Program-made: the position numbers and the translations under genes | Notes under the pieces: generated by a model | What the model was told of the DNA's origin: nothing | Seen by the model: the letters and a program-made list of their open reading frames with translations, nothing else | The model's database searches: none | Part shown: piece by piece, positions 24,680-36,390 of the stretch | Position numbering within the stretch: the stretch's first letter is position 1 | Layout: each line of letters starts with the position of its first letter | From: Neoechinorhynchus agilis | Lineage: Eukaryota; Animalia; Acanthocephala | NCBI GenBank assembly: GCA_051530055.1 | Contig: CM121343.1 | Location: 2,884,389 to 2,948,388, forward strand | Reading direction: 5' to 3' | DNA length: 64,000 nt

Positions 24680-26377
24680 TGTTATCAATCATCACTGATT
24701 TTACCCATGTTTAAGAGACGATTGACCTAGGATAAAATATTGTTCATGATATTCAAGGAGCTTTTGGTCGTAGTCGCAACTATCTACGCATTCTCATGAT
24801 GAATAAGAATAAATTATTATGATAGATCAAAGAATGAAAAAATTTGTGTTTCAGAAAGCCTTTCATTTCAAAAATTCTTGATGAAATCTACACGATAAAT
24901 GGAATTTAAGAATATAATTTTTCACATCCAAGGCCGTTGTGGTAGATTTCGAGTTTTTCTTCGTCTAGGACTCAATGTTCTCCATTTTATACGTTTTTAT
25001 CTAAAAAGATGAGTTGGCTGGAAAAAGCATATATTTTATTGAAGTCTTCATCCGGTAAAGAATTTCTCATTAAATACGTTATCGGATAAGACCGTTGTAG
25101 TAGACCTGGAGTTTTTCTTCGTTCAGGACTCAATGTTCTCCATTTTATACGTATCGCAAATATCGCCATCGTTATTTGTTTTATGTTCGATATTTAAAGC
25201 ATCACACGAAGAAATTTTAAATCTTTAGAAGGATCTCCTTTTTTAGAAATAATTTCCACGTTTTTTCCGCAACGTTAATGAAAATATATTCCCGGGCGAT
25301 CTCAAGACCAATTTCACCTATCAAAAAATTTAAAGAAATTTTTAATAATTCATTGCTGTTACAATAAGAGAACATTATTTTAAAGAATCCGTATAGAATG
25401 ATCAAATGTCTAAGTAATTTTTCAAAATGATTTTACGTTTTGTCTTTGTGTCGATGGATTTTGATTGTAGTGAGGAGCGCTCTAAAAATCTGGATTTTAG
25501 ATTTTCAAAAAAGATAGGTTGCATGAATCGCAAAAATGCATTTTAGTTTATATTTCGAGAAAAGTTTCAGGTTTTCAATATCGTTATAATTTTGAATTAC
25601 TAAGCTTTTCTAACGAGAACAATCATCTTATTAAATTCATGGTCGATAAACAGGTTTTTATTAATTGTTTTACGCGGAAGTTTTGCCCATAAAGTCGTTT
25701 TGACCTTCTGTCTTTAATTTTATCGTTTTGTGTTCTTTTGAAATTGCAAAAGTCAATTACAATTTTATATATCCGCATTTTATGTTCATTTTTAAATTGG
25801 TGCAAATTTGAAAAATATGTTATAAAGCCTTCAAAAAATGCGTTCGACGATTAAATGTTTTTTAATACCAAAAGTTGTGATTTCTAATAGATACAAAAAA
25901 CGTAGCTGAAGCGAACACGTTGAACCTTTTCCAAAACAACGAAATTAAAAAATTTCCTCGAATTTGAGAGATCGAACATTGGATTCGGATTGAATAACAA
26001 AAGATTTCATTCTTCGTGCAACCCGTTTATCCGATTTTCTACCTAAATAAAAAAAGCTTTTAAAATGCTAAAATCGTTATTAGAACATTGCGTTATTTCA
26101 AAAGTTGCGAAATAAATATATCCTAAAATGCTAACAACTAGAAAAACTTTTTGACCAATCGGTGAACAGATTTGCATTCACTTAATTGAGATCATTTCAT
26201 TAAATAAATTTAAGAGCACGTCTCCAAGTTCAGCTTTTGCTCAATATCTAAAGTGTAACGTTAAGCGCAAAAACGCCGGGAAACTTTGTCATTAATTTCG
26301 AACAAAGGCGAAACACGCAAACGATTGAAAGTAACGCGAAAACCAATTTAGAAACTACTTTAATCTTAATAACATTT

Positions 26378-26926
26378 AAAAAATGTGCTCCCAGCAACAA
26401 TTGCACACAGCAGCATAATAAATATTGCCGTTCACATTATGTACAAAATGCAACGGTCACCATCTGAACCATCTTCTTGTGTTGTTGAAGTCTTAGATTT
26501 TCTCATTTTTCCAGAATTTGGGTTTTTCAATTTTTTATTAACTTTGGATGTAGCCGTATATTTATTTTCGATGTTTGATGTTGGATTGACTTCTTCTTTT
26601 TGCTTCAAACCCCCAATAATCATAATTTTACTGTTGTCCTGATTGATGACTTCATCTACGATTTTTTTCCAGCCTTCGCGATAGTCTTGCCACGTTTTCT
26701 TATTTTCATGATGGGAGGATAGTTTCAAGTCACTATCTTTATGGTTGTTGCTGATATCAACTTTCTCTTTTAACTCCGTATTCCCCCACAAAAGCATTTT
26801 ACTAATGCTCGCAATATTCCACGAAATCCTTTTTAATTTTTTGGTCTCCTTAGTGTTCCCACCATTGCTAATTTCACTTAGTTTTGTATCACTGCTCTGC
26901 TTAAGACAAAAGCATTTTCTCATCAC
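26378..26926 (-). pseudogene. Damaged copy of the 185-aa tail-anchored-type ORF
   Basis: Relative to 32216-32773 it has a compensated frameshift pair (RISWNIASISKMLLWGN vs GFRGILRALVKCFCGA) and a TGG to TGA stop just before the C-terminal hydrophobic segment. Confidence 0.65.
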
Positions 26927-27899
26927 TAAACGAAAAGATGTTAAGAAAAAAATACAAATTTTATACTAACTTTTCATTTTACTAGTATTAAAGCCGCAAT
27001 ATTACAGAAGTGAAACGTTTAAGGATGAAAAGTTGCCATAGTGATGCAAATTTTTTTCTTGAATTCTGATTGGACAGATTTTAATCTTATTAATTAGACA
27101 TTTGATCATTCTATATGATTCTTTTAAAATAATGTTCTCTCATTGTAACAGCAATGAATTATTAAAAATTTCTTTAAATTCTTTTTGATAGGTGTGGTCT
27201 TGAGATCGCTCGAGAATATATTTTCAATAACGTTGCGGAAAAAACGTGGAAATTATTTCTAAAAAAGGAGATCCTTCTAAAGATTTAAAATTTCTTCGTG
27301 TGATGTTTTAAATATCGAGCATAAAACAAATAACGATGGCAATATTGGCGATACCTGCAGAACACTAAATTGATTATAGAACTGGTTTTTATTGAAGTCA
27401 ACCTTATAAAAATATACAACTTTCTTCATGCTTTTCCTCTTTGGGGTCGCACAAAAACCTGCAGTCGTGAGACCTCACACAGCCCTTCAGCCGGTTTCTC
27501 CAAACGTCGGTCTTCAGCCACAAAGTCTTTCCATCGTTTTCTCTTCCACTTTTTCGCTCCATTTGATCCCCAAGCTTTTGGTGTTTCGTCGACTTCAAAA
27601 TCATTCATCGCACTGGATGAAAGTATTTAGAATTTCTCGACGAAATCGATTGCTCATTTTACAAATCGAAGTAGAAATGAGGAAACAAAGCTTAGTAAAG
27701 ACTACGCTCCGTCCTTAAACCTAATGATTTAACTACCCTTCTTCAGACTTCTTCAGAGTGGAAAACCAAGATTTTGAGATGCTTCTTTGAAGGACCTTCA
27801 TTGGAGGAAGTTTGAGTAAAGATTTGAACTATACAGCATTTTTGTCTCGCTTTAGCCTATTAAGCAATCTCCATTCAAACGAAAGTAAAAAATTAAATT

Positions 27900-28625
27900 C
27901 AAAGTTGGCTTGGTTTCCCGGCATTTAACGCAGTTTATTTTAAAAGTATTTAGGAAATTAATCTTCAGAGCCCTGAACATAGAAGAAATCCGGTGGGCTG
28001 TTGGATGCATTGTGCGCCCAAGTACCTCATCATTGGCAAATTATTAGGCTGAAATCAATTATTGAGGATTTCATTTGGGAAAATGTTGCCCAATGGGATT
28101 TCTGCCTACAACAAAGTTTTTCGGCCACGTCCAAGTGAGATGAACAGTCGAATTGGGCCTTTGAAGATATTTAGTTAGAAAATTGCTTTGATCAAGAGTG
28201 TGCGTGTGGTGTACACGAATCAAACAACTCTTGTCTGTAGTCGACAGAAACGTGGTAAATTTATGGTCAGAAAAGACGGAATAACCGTAGGTGAGGGAGG
28301 TTGAAATAAAGCTGAACTAAAATTTGGAGATAAATTTTAAAGGCGTTGTACTTGATGGAGAGAGTGATGTGCGAGTCCCATTTCAAATTTGATTGAAATT
28401 GGATACTTAGAATTCTGAGGGAGGTAACTCGTAGGATGCCAAAGCTCAGGGGAGGGAAGCATTTAGAGAAATTGAGGTGGAGTTTGGGATTGGTGCAGAA
28501 ATCTTTGATGTGGATGATTTCGTTAGAGGTTAAGGAGTGGGAGAGGTGAGGTGGTGATTGAGTGCTGAGGGTAAGATCGCCGGTGAGACGAGAGAGGTTT
28601 GAGGTCGTCTAAGAAAATATTAAAT
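27900..28625 (-). mobile_element. CR1/L2-like LINE RT fragment (mirror of 30.57-31.2 kb)
   Basis: Reverse complement of the SPLLFNIFLDDL...KLHLNFSKC...NLKWDSHI segment. Confidence 0.75.
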
Positions 28626-29109
28626 AGAAGTGGTGACTGTGACGATTGGTATGCTATTGATCGGTTTTTTTGAAATCGTTCAGTTGACTATTGACTGTAA
28701 AGTATGAAGAGAAGATTATGGTCAGTTAAGATGACGAATAGATATTAAGGAAATGACCGGATCAGGGATCAAGTGATGTGAAATGCATCAAAAACTTTCT
28801 TCGCCTTGTAAACGAGGGAAGATGGAAAGCGGACTGTATAATAAATGGAAAAAAATTGATTGAAGAACTAATGAAAGAACATGAAATTTTAAAGGCATGC
28901 CTCTCCGGTTGATGAATGATTATCTTAAAAACCGAGCAGTCGTAGCGAAAATTAAGTTCCCGAATAATCTTGGTGCAGAGGGATAATCTCCTTCAATAGC
29001 TGTTTCACTGTAAGCTTTACGCCCAAAACTTTAATAATTCCTTTTTCATTTTTTTGAAGTCTAGCTACCCGGTTTTTACTTCTCCTTGGGATTTCTATGG
29101 TAATGAAGT

Positions 29110-29260
29110 TTCTGATTTTTTCTCTAAATGTTGATAATTTAATTGCTTGAGCATCAGATCACTTGTTTCCATGAAACATACGGTTAGGAGTTTTGTACTC
29201 AGTACTCCGGATCATCAAATAACTCCTGAGGAGGTGGGATTCATTAGTTAGTTCCCGAAA
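29110..29260. repeat. Partial inverted copy of the hairpin repeat family
   Basis: TTGCTTGAGCATCAGATCACTTG...GAAACATACGGTTAGGAGTTTTGTACTCAGTACTCCGG is the reverse complement of array sequence; 29110-29200 mirrors 14900-15000. Confidence 0.8.
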
Positions 29261-29434
29261 CAATGCTTCGATTGATACTCACAACGTTTGGTGAAGGTCT
29301 CTAGATGAGAATGTGAAAGCCAATTTGATACGTCACGGGTTTTTTAAAGCGCGCTCTGACCTAGGAAGAAATCACGGTTAAATAAACTTTTTAAAAAAGA
29401 TTAAAATAAAAATGATGGTAGCACCGTGTTTCTG

Positions 29435-29892
29435 ATGGCTGCTAACTCGTATGATTGTTCTTCTGAACCTGGAAGAAATAAATTACGACTGTCATCTTCA
29501 GTGAAGGAGGATATGTTGACGTTTGAAAGGCGATTGACGGACGTTGTGTCTTGCTGTAGATCGTCGGACTACAAATGGCGTGCGTTTCTGACTTCAGTAA
29601 TCACCGCCCTCCTTGTGAGCGGCTACGATCTACTGACGGACTCAACAGCGCCAAATGCGATTCAATCAATAACGATTCATTTCCGGCGGATGACTGTCGA
29701 TCGGGAAATGCTTCGATAAAGCGACATCCAATATTTCCGGTTTCTGCGATCAGTCTTGTCGTTTTCATCACTGCATTCGGGGCCCATAAACGATGCAGGG
29801 TCGCCAATACGGTTGCTATGAGGTGCAATTCAACACTGGAAACGTTCTATATGAGCTGTGATTCTGGCGGAAAACTTATTTTGCTTTCTTAA
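29435..29892 (+). CDS. CNEP1R1: CTD nuclear envelope phosphatase 1 regulatory subunit 1
   Basis: EDMLTFERRLTDVV..KWR and HPIFPVSAISLVVF..HKR..RC..L..FYMSCDSGGKLIL match CNEP1R1/TMEM188. The two halves are joined by removing a 47-nt hairpin. Confidence 0.88.
29670..29716 (+). other. Putative non-canonical TA-flanked hairpin intron (47 nt) in CNEP1R1
   Basis: TAACGATTCATTTCCGGCGGATGACTGTCGATCGGGAAATGCTTCGA|TA; stem CATTTCC/GGAAATG plus CGA/TCG. Removal gives NAIQSIKRHPIF. Confidence 0.7.
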
Positions 29893-30199
29893 ATAGTTCC
29901 CGGATCGTAAAAATCGTATTGCACCTTCGAATAAAGTTCACAACTCATTGCGTCTTTTGTTTGATAATCGCGTTTTTTGCAATTTAACGGCAATCATACC
30001 ACCTCTTTTTTATCAATCGATGTAAAATGGATCGATTTCTAATGGAACTGTGGTAATATAAACACGTTTATTTCTTAATTAACGAAGAATAGGACTTTGG
30101 GCTGTCCGTTACCAAAAACATAATGAATCAGACAAAGATTATCTTAGCGTTGTGCGCCTTGATTTAATCGCCTTAAAATTAGCCAATGGAAACATTGTA

Positions 30200-31130
30200 C
30201 TCTAATAATCTGCCCTATTTCAGACCTGTTCTGATTTCGGTCTAAACTCATGGAAGATCCACGGGCTCGAATCTTATCTTCACAGTCGAAAACAATACAT
30301 TCACTGCCTAGCTGAATCCCCTATTACCGTACCTCAAGGTGCCGTCTTGTCACTTTGGTATCGTGAGCATCCCTACACTTTTCTATTTCCCTAAAACTCA
30401 CCCCTCGACAACAACCCTAAAGCTATCCGGTTTTTCGTATTTGTTACTCAGAGTTCTCAATGCAATATCAAGATATTCATTTGGAATCTCGGGTAAGATT
30501 TTTTTGGGTTTTTTACATGGTTTACCATACGCATTAAACCGATCAATAGCATACCAATCGTCACAGTCACCACTTCTATTTAATATTTTCTTAGACGACC
30601 TCAAACCTCTCTCGTCTCACCGGCGATCTTACCCTCAGCACTCAATCACCACCCCACCTCTCCCACTCCTTAACCTCTAACGAAATCATCCACATCAAAG
30701 ATTTCTGCACCAATCCCAAACTCCACCTCAATTTCTCTAAATGCTTCCCTCCCCTGAGCTTTGGCATCCTACGAGTTACCTCCCTCAGAATTCTAAGTAT
30801 CCAATTTCAATCAAATTTGAAATGGGACTCGCACATCACTCTCTCCATCAAGTACAACGCCTTTAAAATTTATCTCCAAATTTTAGTTCAGCTTTATTTC
30901 AACCTCCCTCACCTACGGTTATTCCGTCTTTTCTGACCATAAATTTACCACGTTTCTGTCGACTACAGACCAGAGTTGTTTGATTCGTGTACACCACACG
31001 CACACTCTTGATCAAAGCAATTTTCTAACTAAATATCTTCAAAGGCCCAATTCGACTGTTCATCTCACTTGGACGTGGTCGAAAAACTTTTGCTGGGGGC
31101 TGAAATCCCATTGGGCGATTTCAGCCTAAT
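30200..31130 (+). mobile_element. CR1/L2-like LINE RT fragment interrupted by a ~210-bp insertion
   Basis: ESYLHSRKQ..VPQGAVLS | SPLLFNIFLDDL, degenerate YADD, KLHLNFSKC, NLKWDSHI; an unrelated segment ~30357-30570 splits the PQG motif region. Confidence 0.8.
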
Positions 31131-32215
31131 AATTTGCCAACGATGAGGTACTTGGGCGCACAATGCACCCAACGGCCCACCGGATTTCTTCTATGTTTAG
31201 GGCTCTGAAGATTAATTTCCCAAATATTTTTAAAATAAACTACGTTAAATGCCGGGAAACCAAGCCGACTTTGAATTTAAATTTCTACTTTCGTTTGAAT
31301 GGAGATTGATTAATAGGCTAAAGCGCAACGAAAATGCTGTATGGTTGAAATCTTTACTCAAACTTCCTCCAATGAAGGTCCTTCAAAGAAACATCTCAAA
31401 ATCTTGGTTTTCCACTCTGAAGAAGTCTGAAAGATGAATTAGTTAAATCATTGAGTTTAAGGACTGAGCGTAGTCTTTACTAAGCTTTGCTTCCTCATTT
31501 CTACTTCGATTTGTAAATGAGCAATCGATTTCGTCGAGAAATTCTAAATGCTTTCATCAGTGCGATGAATAATTTTGAAATCGACGAAACAAGAGAAAAC
31601 GATGGAAAGACTGTGTGGCTGAGGACCGACGTTTGCGAGAAACCGGCTGAAGGGCTGTGTGAGGTCTCACGACTGCAGGTTTTTGTGCGACCCCAAGAAG
31701 GGAAAAGCATGAAGAAAGTTGTTGTATATTTTTAGAAGGTCGACTGAAAAAAACCAGTTCCATAATCAATTTAGCGTTCTGCAGGTATCGCCAATATCGC
31801 CATCGTTATTTGTTTTATGCTCGATATTTAAAGCATCACACGAAGAAATTTTAAATCTTTAGAGGGATCTCCTTTTTGAGAAATAATTTCCACGTTTTTT
31901 CCGCAACGTTAATGAAAATATATTCCCGAGCGATCTCAAGACCAATTTCACCTATCAAAAGAATTTAAAGAAATTTTTAATAATTCATTGCTGTTACAAT
32001 GAGAGAACATTATTTTAAAGAATCCGTATAGAATGATCAAATGTCTAATTGATAAGATTAAAATCTGTCCAATCAGAATTCAAGAAAAAAATTTGCATCA
32101 CTATGGCAACTTTTCATCCTTAAACGTTTCACTTCTGTAATATTGCGGCTTTAATACTAGTAAAATGAAAAGTTAGTATAAAATTTATATTTTTTTCTTA
32201 ACATCTTTTCGTTTA

Positions 32216-32773
32216 GTGATGAGAAAATGCTTTTGTCTTAAGCAGAGCAGTGATACAAAACTAAGTGAAATTAGCAATGGTGGGAACACTAAGGAGACCA
32301 AAAAATTAAAAGGATTTCGTGGAATATTGCGAGCATTAGTAAAATGCTTTTGTGGGGCTACGGAGTTAAAAGAGAAAGTTGATATCAGCAACAACCATAA
32401 AGATAGTGACTTGAAACTATCCTCCCATCATGAAAATAAGAAAACGTGGCAAGACTATCGCGAAGGCTGGAAAAAAATCGTAGATGAAGTCATCAATCAG
32501 GACAACAGTAAAATTATGATTATTGGGGGTTTGAAGCAAAAAGAAGAAGTCAATCCAACATCAAACATCGAAAATAAATATACGGCTACATCCAAAGTTA
32601 ATAAAAAATTGAAAAACCCAAATTCTGGAAAAATGAGAAAATCTGAGACTTCAACAACACAAGAAGATGGTTCAGATGGTGACCGTTGCATTTTGTACAT
32701 AATGTGGACGGCAATATTTATTATGCTGCTGTGTGCAATTGTTGTTGGGAGCACATTTTTCAAATGTTATTAA
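32216..32773 (+). CDS. Uncharacterised Lys-rich 185-aa protein with a C-terminal hydrophobic (tail-anchor-like) segment
   Basis: ATG-initiated ORF ending ILYIMWTAIFIMLLCAIVVGSTFFKCY; no family recognised. Confidence 0.5.
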   Translation: MMRKCFCLKQSSDTKLSEISNGGNTKETKKLKGFRGILRALVKCFCGATELKEKVDISNNHKDSDLKLSSHHENKKTWQDYREGWKKIVDEVINQDNSKIMIIGGLKQKEEVNPTSNIENKYTATSKVNKKLKNPNSGKMRKSETSTTQEDGSDGDRCILYIMWTAIFIMLLCAIVVGSTFFKCY

Positions 32774-34458
32774 GATTAAAGTAGTTTCTAAATTGGTTTT
32801 CGCGTTACTTTCAATCGTTTGCGTGTTTCGCCTTTGTTCGAAATTAATGACAAAGTTTCCCGGCGTTTTTGCGCTTAACGTTACACTTTAGAAATTGAGC
32901 AAAAGCTGAACTTGGAGACGTGCTCTTAAATTTATTTAATGAAATGATCTCAATTAAGTGAATGCAAATCTGTTCACCGATTGGTCAAAAAGTTTTTCTA
33001 GTTGTTAGCATTTTAGGATATATTTATTTCGCAACTTTTGAAATAACGCAATGTTCTAATAACGATTTTAGCATTTTAAAAGCTTTTTTATTTAGGTAGA
33101 AAATCGGATAAACGGGTTGCACGAAGAATGAAATCTTTTGTTATTCAATCCGAATCCAATGTTCGATCTCTCAAATTCGAGGAAATTTTTTAATTTCGTG
33201 GTTTTGGAAAAGGTTCAACGTGTTCGCTTCAGCTACGTTTTTTGTATCTATTAGAAATCACAACTTTTGGTATTAAAAAACATTTAATCGTCGAACGCAT
33301 TTTTTGAAGGCTTTATAACATATTTTTCAAATTTGCACCAATTTAAAAATGAACATAAAATGCGGATATATAAAATTGTAATTGACTTTTGCAATTTCAA
33401 AAGAACACAAAACGATAAAATTAAAGACAGAAGGTCAAAACGACTTTATGGGCAAAACTTCCGCGTAAAACAATTAATAAAAACCTGTTTATCGACCATG
33501 AATTTAATAAGATGATTGTTCTCGTTAGAAAAGCTTAGTAATTCAAAATTATAACGATATTGAAAACCTGAAACTTTTCTCGAAATATAAACTAAAATGC
33601 ATTTTTGCGATTCATGCAACCTATCTTTTTTGAAAATCTTAAATCCAGATTTTTAGAGCGCTCCTCACTACAATCAAAATCCATCGACACAAAGACAAAA
33701 CGTAAAATCATTTTGAAAAATTACTTAGACATTTGATCATTCTATACGGATTCTTTAAAATAATGTTCTCTTATTGTAACAGCAATGAATTATTAAAAAT
33801 TTCTTTAAATTTTTTGATAGGTGAAATTGGTCTTGAGATCGCCCGGGAATATATTTTCATTAACGTTGCGGAAAAAACGTGGAAATTATTTCTAAAAAAG
33901 GAGATCCTTCTAAAGATTTAAAATTTCTTCGTGTGATGCTTTAAATATCGAACATAAAACAAATAACGATGGCGATATTTGCGATACGTATAAAATGGAG
34001 AACATTGAGTCCTGAACGAAGAAAAACTCCAGGTCTACTACAACGGTCTTATCCGATAACGTATTTAATGAGAAATTCTTTACCGGATGAAGACTTCAAT
34101 AAAATATATGCTTTTTCCAGCCAACTCATCTTTTTAGATAAAAACGTATAAAATGGAGAACATTGAGTCCTAGACGAAGAAAAACTCGAAATCTACCACA
34201 ACGGCCTTGGATGTGAAAAATTATATTCTTAAATTCCATTTATCGTGTAGATTTCATCAAGAATTTTTGAAATGAAAGGCTTTCTGAAACACAAATTTTT
34301 TCATTCTTTGATCTATCATAATAATTTATTCTTATTCATCATGAGAATGCGTAGATAGTTGCGACTACGACCAAAAGCTCCTTGAATATCATGAACAATA
34401 TTTTATCCTAGGTCAATCGTCTCTTAAACATGGGTAAAATCAGTGATGATTGATAACA

Positions 34459-36390
34459 TCAGCCGCCATTTATTTTTTTCAGCAATTTTTCAAGCTGTCC
34501 TTTGTGCCGAATATTTAAGTGATTCGAACGAACTTGACTTAGGATGTTCACCAAATTGTTATTCCGAATTTCACTCAGCGTTATTTCACGTTTAATCATC
34601 GCGCTGAGTATCCGCTTTAGCATCGCGTGGTTCCGAACAGTGAACTTCTCGTCCAAGATGCTTTTTAAACGATCGCAGAGTTCCTTGATGCTCAAGTTCA
34701 TTTCAATTGAAGGCTTTGATTTTCTTTTTGAAATCGATTCATTCAGTGATTTGTCCTCCAATTGTGACCCTGATTTATTTTCGATCGAAATATTGGACAT
34801 TTCCGTAGGTTGCCAATTATAGATTCCCGCGATCTTTTTTCCGATTTTATTGATGATGTCGATTAACGGTTCGTTTTCCTCGTTGCTGGCCATCTTAAGG
34901 AGTGTAGTTATAAGATCGGAATCTTTGATTTCATCCACAGTCATCTCTAATTCTGAAATCTCGGAAAGGACATCGTCCACCAGTTCTAGGCTTTTGGTTG
35001 CGTATTGCGAATCCAATAAAAATTTTAGTAATTTAATCTTCTTGGTTAAACGAGAAGACGGCATCAATTTGTTGGATTCTGAAATCTGTTGACTGTGAAC
35101 CTTTTCAACGTTGTGATGTCCCGTTTCTATTTCTCCATCGCTATTGATTCTCTTCGGCGATTCTGTTCTCTTTTCCGAAATTGCGTTAGAATCCCGATCA
35201 CTAGAATCAGTATCTGATAATTCGGCTTCTACTTCTATTGGTTTATTTAATTTGGGTTTCGTGGCTCGTCCTTCTTTAGATCGTGTTTGATTGAAAGCCT
35301 CCTTGACCTTCATAGCAACTTGGATTAAGAGTTTCTTGAGTGGAGCATTATCCTTGTTGTCGAGCATCTCTTCAAGGACATCTATCAATCCGGATTGACG
35401 AATTTCACTCAGGCTAACTTCGCCTTTCAGAATTTCATCAAAGATGCTCCTTAATAAATCAGAATTAACAATTTCGTGTTCAGAGTTCATAGTCATCAAG
35501 ATTCTTTGACGGAGATGTGTTGAATCTGTCCGCTGAATTTTTGTTTTCTCTTCACCTTGAATGGTTGACGACGTCCTCTTCCTTGAAATTTCTTTACAGC
35601 TCGTGTCTTCAAAACTGGATTTAGATTTCGTTTCTATCGGACACTGCTCTTCAATCTCAACATCGAACTTTGATTGGATACCGGACATCCTATGAGATTT
35701 ATCATCTGCATTTTTACCTTTTTCCATGCCAAGCACTACTTTAATTTTTGCTGCCACTTCTTTAATCAAATGGTCCAGTTCTCCGTTTTCTTTGTTTTGA
35801 TTCATTTGGTGGAGAATCTTTATTAGGCCGGACTTATTAATCTGAGAGATGGTCATTTCTTGTTTGAGAATCTCAGAAAAGGCACTGGTTACTAAGCTCT
35901 TGTTTGTAACTTTAAACTGTGGGTCCAATCCAATTTTAACCTTTTTAATTAAAATATTTAATGATTGGAACGTTGACTTTTCATAAATCGTTCGTCCTTT
36001 ATCGCTTGAATCTGTCGTCTTCTTTTTCGCCATTATTTCATCTTTGTTTGTTCGTTTTCGAGTTGAGGTCGTACTGACCAATGTCTTCGTCGTTTTCATC
36101 CTTGGACAATATTTTTCACCGACAATCTTTTTGAATTTGTTCTTTAATTTACTCAGGAACCAACTTGTACTTTTGCAATCTTTGTCTAGGGTCATTTCGT
36201 CTACTATCTCAAGCATCCCAAAGTTTAAGATTTCTTCGGCTGTAATCGATCGCGTTAACAATTCTCGCAGGTTGCGTTTGGCCAAAGATTGGTTGATTGT
36301 GCAAGAATCACCATCGAGATTATCTCTCAATTCATCACAAATTTGAGCGAGTGATTTCTCCTTAGGATTTGATGTTCGCTTGATCGCCAT
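34459..36390 (-). CDS. Five-TND-like-repeat protein, copy 2
   Basis: Differs from copy 1 at two visible residues (EMALDK/EMTLDK; STSQS/STFQS). Confidence 0.7.
   Translation of the reverse strand: MAIKRTSNPKEKSLAQICDELRDNLDGDSCTINQSLAKRNLRELLTRSITAEEILNFGMLEIVDEMTLDKDCKSTSWFLSKLKNKFKKIVGEKYCPRMKTTKTLVSTTSTRKRTNKDEIMAKKKTTDSSDKGRTIYEKSTFQSLNILIKKVKIGLDPQFKVTNKSLVTSAFSEILKQEMTISQINKSGLIKILHQMNQNKENGELDHLIKEVAAKIKVVLGMEKGKNADDKSHRMSGIQSKFDVEIEEQCPIETKSKSSFEDTSCKEISRKRTSSTIQGEEKTKIQRTDSTHLRQRILMTMNSEHEIVNSDLLRSIFDEILKGEVSLSEIRQSGLIDVLEEMLDNKDNAPLKKLLIQVAMKVKEAFNQTRSKEGRATKPKLNKPIEVEAELSDTDSSDRDSNAISEKRTESPKRINSDGEIETGHHNVEKVHSQQISESNKLMPSSRLTKKIKLLKFLLDSQYATKSLELVDDVLSEISELEMTVDEIKDSDLITTLLKMASNEENEPLIDIINKIGKKIAGIYNWQPTEMSNISIENKSGSQLEDKSLNESISKRKSKPSIEMNLSIKELCDRLKSILDEKFTVRNHAMLKRILSAMIKREITLSEIRNNNLVNILSQVRSNHLNIRHKGQLEKLLKKINGG

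Larger units (their letters stand above)
21421..28668. repeat. Inner inverted-duplication arm, left (~7.2 kb; partner ~30536-37670)
   Basis: Mirrored ORFs 22667-24679 +/34459-36471 -, 21924-22145 +/36993-37214 -, 25623-25805 -/33333-33515 +; the homology continues to the CR1-like fragment. Confidence 0.97.
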
